A stretch of 64,000 nucleotides of DNA from Octopus vulgaris (Eukaryota). Positions within the stretch are counted from its first letter, which is position 1. Every line of letters starts with the position of its first letter. This document shows positions 43,572 to 55,794 of the stretch, one piece after another. Made by a program: the position numbers and the translations under genes. Location of the stretch: NCBI GenBank assembly GCA_951406725.2, contig OX597836.1, positions 39,246,001-39,310,000 on the forward strand, written 5' to 3'. The notes below the pieces were generated by a model that saw only the letters and a list, made by a program, of their open reading frames with translations, was not told where the DNA came from and ran no database searches.

Positions 43572-44253
43572 TCTTTATAGATAAAAGTAAGGTTGTGTGT
43601 CTGTCTCCTACGATTTAGATTCCTAACTACTCCAACATTTTGCGGTGCAGTGTAACTAAAACCGGGTATCTTATAGTTGTGATTCATATCGAGCCCTTCT
43701 GGGTATTAGCGTCTACGATGAGTCTACGATTAAAAAAATAATTTACCATCATTTTTTCCATTTTAATGCATTTTTTCGCTATTATATAAGGGAAGTAACT
43801 CTCTAAAAATGTCTACGATGAGTCAACGATTTAAAAAGAATTTACCATAATTCTTTTTCCATTTTTAATGCATTTTTTGGCTATTTTTTGGCTATAACTC
43901 TCTAAAAATGCTTATATAGTTATTTCCCTTACAAACCCGAGCAACGCCGGGCGATACTGCTAGTCTTTATATATAAAAGTAAGGTTGTGTGTCTGTCTCC
44001 TACGATTTAGATTCCTAACTACTCCCACACTTTGCGGTGCAGTTTAACCAAAACCGGGTATCTTATAGTCGTGATTCATATCAAGCCCTTCTGGGTATTA
44101 GCGCGTGTCTACGATGAGTCTACGATTTAAAAAAAATTTACAATCATTTTTTTCCATTTTTAATGCATTTTTTGCTATTTTTTTGCTACAACTCTCTAAA
44201 AACGCTTATATAGTTATTTCCCTTACAAACCCGAGCAACGCCGGGCGATACTG

Positions 44254-44256
<3 letters not shown>
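43572..44256 (+). mobile_element. Head-to-tail pair of non-autonomous Helitrons (43572-43963 and 43964-44256)
   Basis: 5' TC, 3' GC hairpin CCCGAGCAACGCCGGG about 10 nt before CTAG; junction CTAG|TC; no TSD. Confidence 0.85.
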
Positions 44257-44293
<37 letters not shown>

Positions 44294-44639
44294 CAGTGGA
44301 AGGTGAAATCTGAACGTAAAGACGGACGAAATGACGCTAAACCTTCTGCTTGGCGTGCTGACGATTCTGGCAACTCATTGCCTTATACTTTTATGTACCA
44401 CGAGCCCTTATGAGTGATTCTTTCAGGGTAAACAACGCAGAATTCTTTGTTCTAAGACAACCTCCACGTTAAGCTGGAGATCAAGATTACATTTTGGTAT
44501 TTGTACTGTTTCTATCGTTATAAATTTTAATTGTCCACATACAGGGTGAATCAAAAGTAGCGGCCAGTTTCTATGAAGTCATGCCTCTGTTGCTTTGCAC
44601 GTTATCCGAAGGGTTCGGGCAGAGGTGTTTCGTAAAATT

Positions 44640-44985
44640 CATTCGATCGGCTTCTTATGCCGAAACGCTAAGCTACGAGGACGTAAACAAACCAACGCCG
44701 GTTGTCAAAAGGTGATGGAGATAGACACCAAGAAACATACGCACACGCATACATTATATTCTTTTAGTTTTTTTACTTGTTTCAGTCATTTGACTGCGGC
44801 TAAGCTGGAGCACTACCTTGAACGGATTTAGTCTAATAAATCGACCCCCAAGGACTTTTTTGTTTAATGCCTAGTACGTATTCTGTTGGTCCCTTTATGT
44901 CGAACAGCTAAGCTACGGAGATGTAAACACACCAACACCGGTTTTCAAGCAATGACGAAGGGACAAACTCAGATACAGAGACACA
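44640..44985 (-). mobile_element. Two diverged SINE A 3'-half fragments
   Basis: GCTAAGCTACG..GTAAACA..CCGGTT twice, with tail TTTCAGTCATTTGACTGCGG. Confidence 0.65.
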
Positions 44986-45178
44986 CGCGAGTTTCGGATG
45001 TCGGGGCGAAACCCACACCGGTATCTCTTGGGTTATCGGGCCATCGAAATATTTACATGCATATATGTGTGTGTGTGTGTGTGTTTATGTGTGTGTGTAT
45101 GCATTATGCATGTATGTATATATGTATGTATGTATATATATATACTTTATTTAAAAGCAGCAGAAAATTCAACAAAAC

Positions 45179-45216
45179 CTGTTACTCTGAGTTTCACGTT
45201 CCCGTTCGTCGGACAG
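45179..45216 (-). ncRNA. Compact type I hammerhead-like motif with U4C core variant
   Basis: Minus strand: CTGT CCGACGA ACG GGAA CGT GAA ACT CAG AGT A ACAG; stems I-III all pair. Confidence 0.55.
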
Positions 45217-45289
45217 TTTTTGCTAGAGTACTCTTTTTTCCACCTTGTTTCACATTTATGTGTTTACTCCGGTATATATATATATATAT

Positions 45290-45890
45290 AAATATGTCTA
45301 CCTGGGACAGGAAGTGAATATGTGCCGAGATATCGAAAAGGAGATCTCACGGAGAGTAAGGGCCGGGTGGATGGCGTTTAATGGCATAAGGGATGTGCTG
45401 AAGGGAAGGTTGGACAGGACCACCCGTGCCAACCTCATCAACAGCACAGTTCTACCTGCAATGTTATATTTTAGTGAAACATGGGCTACAACAAAGAGAG
45501 AAGAGCAGAGACTGGTAACGGCTCAAAGAGCCATGGAAAGTTCAATGCTTGGTATCTCGTTGAGAGAGCACATCAGTAGCGAGACCATCAGAAAGAAGTC
45601 CGGCGTGAGGGATGTCATCGCAGAGTATACACGCAGCAAGTTTAGATGGGCTGGACACGTCGCCCGGCTCACCGATAATCGGTGGACCCGCGCAGTTGTC
45701 GAGTGGTACCCGCGCGAGCGGAAACGACCACCCGGAAGACCTCCACGACGGTGGAGTTGCGATTTCAGGAGGACGATTGGGATCACGTGGATGAGAAAGG
45801 CGCGATCCAGAGAGGAGTGGACAGCGTGCTGTGACCAGCGGTGTCAAATGGACGCCCGACGGACTGGTCGGTCAAGGTGATCAAGGTGAT
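45290..45890 (+). mobile_element. 5'-truncated RTE-clade LINE, uninterrupted C-terminal ORF
   Basis: YVYLGQ, EISRRVRAGW, VLPAMLY..ETW, RWAGHVAR, RPPGRPPRRW motifs; stop at 45880; (CAAGGTGAT)2 tail. Confidence 0.92.
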
Positions 45891-45956
45891 ATTCGCCATG
45901 ATAGATCGCTAGCCACTACTCATTCTTTATTTTCTCCCCTTGTTTCTTTCTGTGTT

Positions 45957-45994
45957 TCTTTCTGTGGAAGAGCATCGGCACGAAACGTTAAAGA
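45957..45994 (+). ncRNA. Degenerate minimal hammerhead-like motif in a probable Penelope-like fragment (~45891-46092)
   Basis: TCTTT CTGTGGA A GAGC ATCG GCAC GAAAC GTT AAAGA; 5-bp stem I, core A6 substituted. Confidence 0.4.
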
Positions 45995-46091
45995 CAGTTT
46001 CACTTCCCGAGCGTTAAACTAATACATCTGTTTGTTGTCTATACCAGCTGTCTTCGTCTTTTGTTTTTTTTTATTTTTTGTAAATTCTCCC

Positions 46092-46192
<101 letters not shown>

Positions 46193-46939
46193 TATATATA
46201 TACATATATATATATATGCGACGGCGGAATGTGAAATCAGAACGTAAAGACGGACGATATGATACTAAACCTTTTGCTTGGCGTGCTCTGCCCCCCACCT
46301 CTAGCTATGCTAATGCTTGGCGAACTTTCCAAAAAGGACATCCACATAAATTGGATTTTCACCCTTTCCACGGGGATTTTACCATTTTTTTTTTCACCAT
46401 AGATGATGGGGGAAGCGTTTTATGAAAGTCTATGAATCGTCCTCCACGTCACATCTGGACTGATTTTGTCAATTTTTTTGTTTTACTCAATGCCAAAGAC
46501 AATAATCGCATTTTATTTTGTCTAGAAATTAATATTAAAGTCACAAGCATTTGAAGTTATATAATTGTACAAAATTTGAAACAAAAAAAAAAAGTCTGAT
46601 GACATTTTGTGTGATGTACGTCTAGAAGTTGGAGGAAATTTATCAAGATCCCGGCGCATGGAAAAACTTCTGCTCGTCCCCGCCCATTTCCTCTCAAATT
46701 TGTTTATTTTCGTAATTTTTTTTTTGCCAGAATTCCAGTTTTTGGATACGGAGGTTCCAGAGGGAAACGTCGATTTTTGCCAATTTCTGTTGCAGATTCG
46801 TATTCCCCGTAGCCGAAAAGTGGGTTTGTGTCGAAAAAAAAGAAAAAAAAAAATTCTAAAAGGTTGGTTGTCCGGGTGGGGGGTGGGGTGGGAGGAGTCT
46901 TCCACGCGCTTTAACGATTTTGCGGGATCATCACGTTGT

Positions 46940-47327
46940 AACAGGCCCGAAATTTGGGGTAAGGGGCCAGTCGATTAGATCGACACCAGTACGCGACCGG
47001 TACTTAATTTATCGACTCCGAAAGGATTAAAGGCAAAGTCGACCTCGGCGGAATTTGAACTCAGAACGTAACGGCAGACGACATACGGCTACGTATTTCG
47101 CCCGGCGTGCCAACATTTCTGCCAGCTCGCCGCCCTCTTTTCTTAACGGATCAAGTCGATTACATCGACTCCAGTGCGTAACTGGTACTTAATTTATCGA
47201 CCCCGAAAGGATGAAAGGCAAAGTCGACCTCGGCGGAATTTGAACTCAGAACATAAAGAGAGAGACGAAATACCACTAAGCATTTCGCCTGGCGTTGCTA
47301 ACGTTTCTCGCGGCCCCGCTGCCTTAG
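46940..47327 (-). mobile_element. Two adjacent SINE type B copies
   Basis: Core motif present twice, each with its own head. Confidence 0.82.
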
Positions 47328-47374
47328 ACGGAAGAATAACAAAAACAAAAAATAATATATATACAAAAACACAC

Positions 47375-47406
<32 letters not shown>

Positions 47407-47409
47407 CAA

Positions 47410-47471
<62 letters not shown>

Positions 47472-48024
47472 TTATAAACACATATACGCAAATATATACG
47501 TGCACACAAATATATATACACATACAACAACACACATATATATATATATAATATATATATACCAAAACACATATACACACATATACGTTCACACATATAT
47601 ACATACATACATACATACATACACAACCACATGCATGTGGAAGAATAACAAAAACAAAAACAAAAACAAAAAAAAAACCCAGAAAAAAAAAACAAAACAG
47701 AAAAGGCGGCTAAGTCGACTTTGACGAGAAGCGAACTCAGTAATTTTTAACGAATACGAAAGCGGAAGTCGCCGAGCAAGGAAACGCAACTCCGCTTTGC
47801 TTGTCCTTCACATGTTTTGGTGTTTAGACAGAAATTAGCAGGAGTTTGGTTGATATGACTTCCACATCCCAACAGCTTCAATCCCTCCACCAACACCACC
47901 ACCACCACCAGTAAGTACAACACTCTCTCTTCTATTATTATTATTATTTTTCCATAGAGGCCCACTTTTCATTTATTTCAGTATTTCCTACTGAACTCAT
48001 TATATATATATATACACAGGTCTC

Positions 48025-48069
<45 letters not shown>

Positions 48070-48215
48070 TATACTGTTGTGTCTGCGGAGAGAGTCATTT
48101 TCTTTTTTTTTGCCTCTCCCCAGACACGACAGAATTATGCTTCAACACACGAACTCACATAAAGAATCTTGCAAACCAAATCCCAAAACGAAATATATAT
48201 ATATATACATACATA

Positions 48216-48252
<37 letters not shown>

Positions 48253-48288
48253 TGATGAAAACAGGAAAAACAGAACTCAAAATATGAG

Positions 48289-48333
<45 letters not shown>

Positions 48334-48430
48334 TTATTAACATTTAGCAGTTTGGTAAGGGCCAACGCACGAAGCTCCCGGCCCTTGTTTTACCTCGTTG
48401 CTTCTGCTAAATATTAATAAGTATATATAT

Positions 48431-48483
<53 letters not shown>

Positions 48484-48982
48484 ATTCTAATGTATTACAG
48501 TACGCGCGCGCGCACATTATGTAATTACTTTCATTCTGCGAAAAACATGTTTACGTATCAATCTCCATGACTATGATCAATATCCTTCCTCCTGTGGCCA
48601 TCCCGTCTTATTTTCAGACAGCATAATAGATAGTTAGGTCTAACAAACAGCTAATGATCCTTCCTCTATCGTAACCCCTTGTTTTAAAAAAATGATGCAA
48701 CATATATATATATAGATAGATGATTATATGACGGGAGATTTGACTGCTGTTTCTAGCTGTTTTGAACAACCACATACAAGCCTCCAATTTACGTGTTTAT
48801 GTATGCTTACATGCGTATATATGTGTGTGTGTGTGTTTACTGGTAATTAAGATCGTGTTTTTTATCGTCTCTGCTGTTTAGATCAGAACACAAACACCTG
48901 CTTATAACTACGTGTTACCAAAAAGGACGATCGGATATATATATGTGTGTATGTATATATATATATATATTTATATACATAC

Positions 48983-49090
48983 ATACAGGGTGTCCACACA
49001 GTCTGGGTACATGGGGATTAACACATACTTTAAGAAATTATTATTTCTTATATTTAATTCTTTATGTTATGATTTTATTTACTCCATGTA
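48983..49090 (+). mobile_element. Partial Tc1/mariner-type MITE
   Basis: TA|CAGGGTGTCC terminus; internal TACATGGGG / CTCCATGTA inverted match, right end lost in microsatellite. Confidence 0.4.
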
Positions 49091-49515
49091 TATGTGTTTA
49101 TATATATATTATATGTGTGTATATATATATATATATATACATCGACCTCGATGTATATATATATATGTTTGTGTATGTTTATATGTGTGAATTATCTTCA
49201 AGTATTTTGGTTTCTCCGGAAGACCCTCTTTTTAAGTAGAAGAAATAGCTAAGATTTTTGGCTGTTATTTCTAAACTTCGGTGTGTGGTGAAGCAAATCT
49301 TTGCTGAACCCCTTTTATTAGTATTACTTAAACTTACCGTGAAATGGTCCTTTTTTTCATACCGAATTCTACTTGGTGAAATTATTAATTACTTCTTAAT
49401 TAATTAACTTTACCCTTTATTATCATATATATATATAAGATAAAATCTTTCGAAACAAATTCTATCAATGATCAGCATATTAAAAAAATACCTTTAAAGG
49501 TATTTAACCTTTAAA

Positions 49516-49556
<41 letters not shown>

Positions 49557-49896
49557 ATCTGTGTCTGTGTATGTATGTATATAATAGTTTGCAAACAGTT
49601 CTTAAGTCTTCGACCTTTGTATATATATTCAGTTCCGCAAAGGTCCAAATAATGGTAAAATTGCATGTGTAACGACGTATGTGTTTTTGTTTTGAATGCC
49701 AATGTTCCATAATTTTATTTCATCCTCTGTCACATACATACATACATGGCCATCACTCCTGGTTCCCTTCAGAATCCATTTATCCATTTCTCTGCTGCAG
49801 TCTTCGGGACGTTTTTTTTTACAATAACATGGAATGTCATCTGACTGTTTGCTCTACACAATTCTTTAATGATTGCGAAGTGAAATAGACAAAGAC

Positions 49897-50095
49897 ATGT
49901 GTGTATGTGTATATATGTATACATGCGTGTGCTTGTGTGTATGTGCATGAATGTGCTTGTGTATGTATGTATATATGTGTGAACGTATATATGTGTGTAT
50001 ATGTGTTTTTGTATATATATTATATATATATGTGTGTTGTTTTATGTGTTTGTATGTATATATATATTTGTGTGCACGTATATATGTGTGTATAT

Positions 50096-50151
<56 letters not shown>

Positions 50152-50402
50152 TGTTGTTGTTGTTTTATGTGTTTATGTATGTATATATATATTTGTGTGC
50201 ACGTATATATGTGTGTATATGTGTTTATATATATATATATAAAAACACATATACACACATATACGTATGTTGTTTTATGTGTGTATGCATGTATATATAT
50301 ATGTATATATGTATGTATATGTGTTTATATATATGTATATTATATATATATGTGTGTATGTATGTATATATATTTGTATGCACGTATATGTGTGTATATG
50401 TG

Positions 50403-50440
<38 letters not shown>

Positions 50441-50791
50441 ATATATATATATGTGTGTGTGTATGTATGTATATATGTATATGTTTGTGTATGTTTATAT
50501 ACAATATGTGTGTGTGTGCGTGTTAAGCTTCGATGCTTACTTGGGGTTTTATGTGTGTCTGTATGGCGATTGTTGAGGCTGCCTTGGAGTTAGAATTCCT
50601 CTAGCAACCGAGTGAATCATCAGCTTTGCACACACAAAATAAACTTTGCTACGTCCATGAATTGCAACATTCAATGTCTTTTTTTTTTGTATTTCCAAGC
50701 GTGTATGTATGTATGTGTGTGTTTGTATGTATGTATGTATGTATGTATGTATGTATGTATGTATGTATGTATGTATGTATGTATGTATGTA

Positions 50792-50853
<62 letters not shown>

Positions 50854-50869
50854 TATGTATGCATGTATG

Positions 50870-50901
<32 letters not shown>

Positions 50902-51105
50902 CATGTATGTATGTATGTATGTGTGTATGTATGTATGTATGTATGTATGCATGTGTGTATGTGTGTATGTATGTATGTTTGTATGTGTGTTTATGTGTGT
51001 TTATGTGTGTGTATGTATGTATGTGTGTGTGTTTGTATGTATGTATGTATATATGTATGTATGTATGTATGTATGTGTGTGTTTGTATGTATGCATGTAT
51101 GTATG

Positions 51106-51139
<34 letters not shown>

Positions 51140-51177
51140 TGTATGTGTGTGTGTTTGTATGTATGCATGTATGTATG

Positions 51178-51211
<34 letters not shown>

Positions 51212-51449
51212 TGTGTGTGTGTTTGTATGTATGCATGTATGTATGTATGTATATATGTATGTATGTATGTATGTGTGTGTGTGTGTTTGTATGTATGCAT
51301 GTATGTATGTATATATGTATGTATGTATGTATTATGTATGTATGCATGTGTGTGTGTGTTTGTATGTATGCATGTATGTATGTATGTATGTATTATGTAT
51401 GTATGCATGTATGTATGTATGTATGAATGTATGTATGTATCCATCCATC

Positions 51450-51513
<64 letters not shown>

Positions 51514-51560
51514 CGCACGCGTATATATATATATATATATAGATAGATAGATAGATAGGT
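49897..51560. repeat. (TG)n/(TA)n/(TATG)n microsatellite fields
   Basis: Direct reading; short unique spacer at ~50520-50700. Confidence 0.92.
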
Positions 51561-51675
51561 ATGTACATATGCATGTTTATGCAGCACAGTGTGTGTATAT
51601 ATATGTATATATATGTAAACATGAATGTAGAGAGAGAGAGAGAGAAAGAATATAGGAAATAATGTTTTATGTATT

Positions 51676-51966
51676 GGTACTGCTTAAGAAGAGTGGTCCC
51701 GGTGCGCGCACTCGCTTACTCGCGCATCCGCGCTAGCTAGTCGTGACTAGTCGATCCTTACTCTGCGCTTTTGTTTTATTTACTTTGTTTAAAAAAAATT
51801 ACTTACTTTGTGTAAGAAAAATTATTTATTTTGTGTAAGAAAAATTATTTATTTTGTGTTTTATTTACTCTGCTAGGTAGTCGTTGTAGGATCGACTAGT
51901 CGACGAGCTAGCGCCTGCGCGAGTACGCGAGTGCGCGCACTGGGACCACTCTTCTTAAATAGTACC
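51676..51966. mobile_element. MITE/foldback element with ~85-bp GC-rich TIRs
   Basis: GGTACTGCTTAAGAAGAGTGGTCCCGGTGCGCGCACTCGC... and ...GCGAGTGCGCGCACTGGGACCACTCTTCTTAAATAGTACC, with an AT-rich repetitive centre. Confidence 0.88.
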
Positions 51967-52259
51967 TATAAACATGAATGTAGAGAGAGAGAGAGAGAGA
52001 GAGAGAATATAGGAAATAATGTTTTATGTATTTTTGTAATATTGCGGTTAAGTCTTGTATTTTAATTGTATAAATTAATAATTACCAGCGAACGAATTTT
52101 TTCTTTTTTAATTTACATTAACGAACGACAAAAAATAATTTAATCCTTCCATCATGGATACCTTTTCTAGTAAGTGTCTATCAATCTACTGTTAGTACCT
52201 TTTATTAATTAACAAAAACCAAAAGATTACCAATTAAACGTCTCCAGGCACTGAGTTAC

Positions 52260-52390
52260 GCCTTTCATCCTTTCGGGGTGGATAAATTAAGTACCAGTTG
52301 CGCACTGGGGTTGATGTAATCGACTTAACACCTTTGTCTGTCCTTGTTTATCCCATCTATGTTTAGCCCCTTGTGGGCAATAAGAAAATG
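52260..52390 (+). mobile_element. 5'-truncated SINE type B
   Basis: GCCTTTCATCCTTTCGGGG..TTTAGCCCCTTGTGGGCAATAAGAAA. Confidence 0.8.
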
Positions 52391-52944
52391 AACATCTCAG
52401 GCCCTCGTTCACTTCTTCTTCCTTATAAAAGCCGAGTCCTGGTTTTTTTTTTTTTGTCTCACGCAACAAATGGAAATATAATAGTTTGGATTGCCTTCTT
52501 TCGTCTCATCCTACAAAGAATCCAATCAATCATATTCCTAGAAATATTGATCACCATTTTACGCTGACCTGTTTATTATGATGTCATAATGACGCTTCTT
52601 TCCTGTCAACCAAGATTTCTAACTCTTCGTGGGGACCATTCATTTGTTCCTGCTCCTATATTTATTTATTAAGTTCTTGATGTTGTTTTTAATACGAAAA
52701 CGGCGCTACAAACATGCCCTCCCACACACACACATACTACCGCCACCACCACCACCACCTTGACCTTATTGATAAAGCTTCCATTTCTCATCGTCTGTTC
52801 TTCTTCATTTTACACCTATTTATCATTTTAATCTCCAGCTTTATCTTAAGTGTTTATATAGCTGACTGTTTCTCTTTATTTCTCTCTCTCTCTCTCTCCC
52901 TCTCTATCTCTCTTTCTCTCGCTCCCTCTTTCTCTCTCCCTCTT

Positions 52945-52990
<46 letters not shown>

Positions 52991-53197
52991 CCTCTTTCTC
53001 TCTCTCTTTCTCTTTCTCTCTCCCTCTCTCTCTCTCCCTCTTTCTCTCTCCTTGATCTCTTTTTCGTAGTAGTTCTTTATCTCTCTCTATCTTTCTCTCT
53101 CTCTTTCACACACACACACACACACGTTCTGGCATTTCTTTCCGTACAATCGAACCTCCGTCTCCAGTTCATTGATCTCAATACGTCAATATTAGTT

Positions 53198-53238
<41 letters not shown>

Positions 53239-53696
53239 TACGCACACACATTCAATCCCTCAACCTTCTTCTCTCTCACACGCATATCCCCCCCACACAC
53301 CATGCAACCTCGCCATTTGGAAATTTCTCAATTCATATCAGCACAATGTACGCGTCCTCCGTCACATGTCTCTTGTGACATTACAAACACATTATCTCTT
53401 TTATTGTCTGCTTTACTTCTTTCATGCGTAAAAATACGTAATTTCATACTTATTTGTTACGTATACACGAGTATACCTATACATTCATACCCCCCTCACC
53501 CTCACACACACACACATATCATCATCATTATCTTCGTTTAACGTCCATCTTTCCTTACTGGCATGGGTTCGGTGGGCAGATTGAGTGGATCCGGCGAGTC
53601 ACAACGCTACGTCAAGCCCCAATGTCTCTTCTGGCTTTGCTTCTGCGGTTGAAAGGCCTTCCTAACGCCAGCCACTATGCAGTGTATGTTCATATA

Positions 53697-54115
53697 TATT
53701 TCTTTACAATCCAAAAGGGGCTAAACATAGAGGGGACAAAACAAGGACAGACAAACGGATTAAGTCGATTACATCGACCCCAGTGCGTAACTGGTATTTA
53801 ATTTATCGACCCTGAAAGGATGAAAGGCAAAGTCGGCCTCGGCGGAATTTGAACTCAGAACGTAGCAGCAGATGAAATATCTATTTCTTTACTACCCACA
53901 AGGGGCTAAACACAGAGAGGACAAGCAAGGACAGACAAATGGATTAAGTCGATTATATCGACTCCAGTGCGTAACTGGTACTTAATTTATCGACCCCGAA
54001 AGGATGAAAGGCAAAGTCGAGCTCGGCGGAATTTGAACTCAGAACATAGCAACAGGCGAAATACCGTTCAGCGTTTCGTCCAGTGTGCTAACAATTCTGC
54101 CAGTTCGCCGCCTTG
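53697..54115 (-). mobile_element. SINE type B dimer
   Basis: One head plus two core-tail units. Confidence 0.88.
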
Positions 54116-54370
54116 AAGTGTGTGTACATATAGTTATACGAGAGTTATGATATATATATCATCATCATCATTATCGTTCAGTTATTTGAACAATCCGGAA
54201 CACAATCTACTGTTCAAAAAAAACCTTTAACCCAACCGGTGATAAAGTATATAGGTTCCACTTTATGTATTGAGTACTATTTACTCGATTTATGGACACA
54301 AATGTTCACCATTCGATGAATATACACTGTAAATATTGAGGTTAGATATTGCTGTGCTCAAATTCTTATT

Positions 54371-54404
<34 letters not shown>

Positions 54405-54424
54405 TAGATAGATAGATAGATATG

Positions 54425-54661
54425 TGGAGTCGCAATGGCCCATTGGTTAGGGCAGCGGACTTGCAGTCGTAGGATCGCGGTTTCGATTGCCAGACCGGGC
54501 GTTGTGTGTGTTTATTGAGCGAAAACACCTAAAGCTCCACGAAGCTCCGGCAGGGGTTGGTGGTGATCCTTGCTGTACTCTTTAGCCGCAACTTTCTCTC
54601 AATCTTTCTTTTGTTGGCCTGCTCGCTTAGCCAGCAGGGTGGCATCATTTGAAGGCTAAAA
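54425..54661 (+). mobile_element. SINE type C, tail variant 3, 3'-truncated
   Basis: C head plus GGCCTGCTCGCTTAGCCAGC..GAAGGCTAAA. Confidence 0.85.
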
Positions 54662-55078
54662 TCCAGGCATTTCAGTACAAGTGCTTCATAATGCTGCTAC
54701 AGATCCTGTGCATAGAACACAAAATGAACAGCTTTGTCTAAACAGCATGTCAACAGATAAACTGGCTGGCAGGGACCTCTCCTTGCACAGTTAAAATAAA
54801 AAGACAAAAGCTTGTCTGGACATTGTCATGTATCCATCCCACCACTACTCTATGTCCAAAACCATCCTTTATGGGGCACAGTTGCAGAGTGGAGGTGAGG
54901 GAGGGAGAGAGACTAAGAAAATCTTGGTCAAACAACGTCAAGGACTGGACAGGTCACAACCTCTGCCATGCAGGACAGAGAAGAGAGACCGATGGTGACA
55001 GCTGACTGCAAAAGTGTCTAGAGTGCTAGAATGGCACTCCCAAGGACCAGCTGCACCATTAAAGAGAACTTGATGATG
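54662..55078 (+). mobile_element. Old, frameshifted RTE-like LINE 3' end
   Basis: Remnants IQAFQYKCF.MLLQI..EHKMN, SKTILYG and RKSWSNNVKDWTG. Confidence 0.65.
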
Positions 55079-55114
55079 GTGTATGTGTGTGTATGTATAT
55101 ATATATATATATAT

Positions 55115-55476
55115 TAGTTCAGCAAAATTTAGATTCAGATGAATAGGGTACTTAAGTCAAATACACCAGAATTTTGTATGGTATTATCCATATAAATCCA
55201 TGGGGGTGATTACAATCAAAATAAGCAACAAGTATATCCGAGGTAATGTGGTACGATCGTTTCATGCTACTTCATTTTATTAAACACTGTAAGCATTACA
55301 TCAGTTTTAAAATGTCGAGCAATCTTCAGCCACCTTTAGAAATTTTCCAATCAAGCGGACAATGCACATTCTTACCCCTATTTCGTTTGCCAAAATTATT
55401 AAGAGGGTTGATATACAGACAGAGGTTGATTTCATTCTTAAGAACATGATAGTATTAAATCTACTCTCTGACTCAG
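55115..55476 (-). mobile_element. (TA)n-embedded cassette, probable Penelope-like element pseudo-LTR or retrozyme fragment
   Basis: Unique AT-rich segment bounded by TA runs and containing a complete hammerhead; class inferred from the known PLE-hammerhead association. Confidence 0.5.
55248..55333 (-). ncRNA. Type I hammerhead ribozyme with intact core and extended stem II
   Basis: Minus strand: GTGG CTGAAGA [TTGCT..long hairpin..AGCAT] GAA ACGATCGT A CCAC; stem I GTGG/CCAC, palindromic stem III, GUA site. Confidence 0.72.
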
Positions 55477-55599
55477 TATATATATATATATCCATACAAG
55501 CTTTCTGAGGTGGATTTGGTTGATAGAAACTTAAAGAAGCCTGTTCTGTTGTCTGTCTGTCTGTCTGTGTGTGTGTGTGTATGTATGCATGTATGTATT

Positions 55600-55748
55600 C
55601 TAACAAAATTCTCCAACGATTGGGGATGTGAAACTCTGAGTAACAGTTTTTTATGATATTTCTACTGCTTTTAATAAAGCATATTACTCTACTTCTGGTA
55701 TTTGAGTACTCCTTTTTACACCTTGTTTCATATTTATGTGCTTACTGT

Positions 55749-55750
<2 letters not shown>
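55600..55750 (+). mobile_element. Second, more decayed copy of the cassette seen at 45145-45272
   Basis: Shares GTGAAACTC.GAGTAACAG and GAGTACTC..CACCTTGTTTCA.ATTTATGTG. Confidence 0.6.

Positions 55751-55794
<44 letters not shown>

Noticed and set aside
46290-46915. Overlapping 123/127-aa ORFs or a DNA transposon end
   Set aside because: No recognisable domain and no clear TIR pair, so it was left unclassified.
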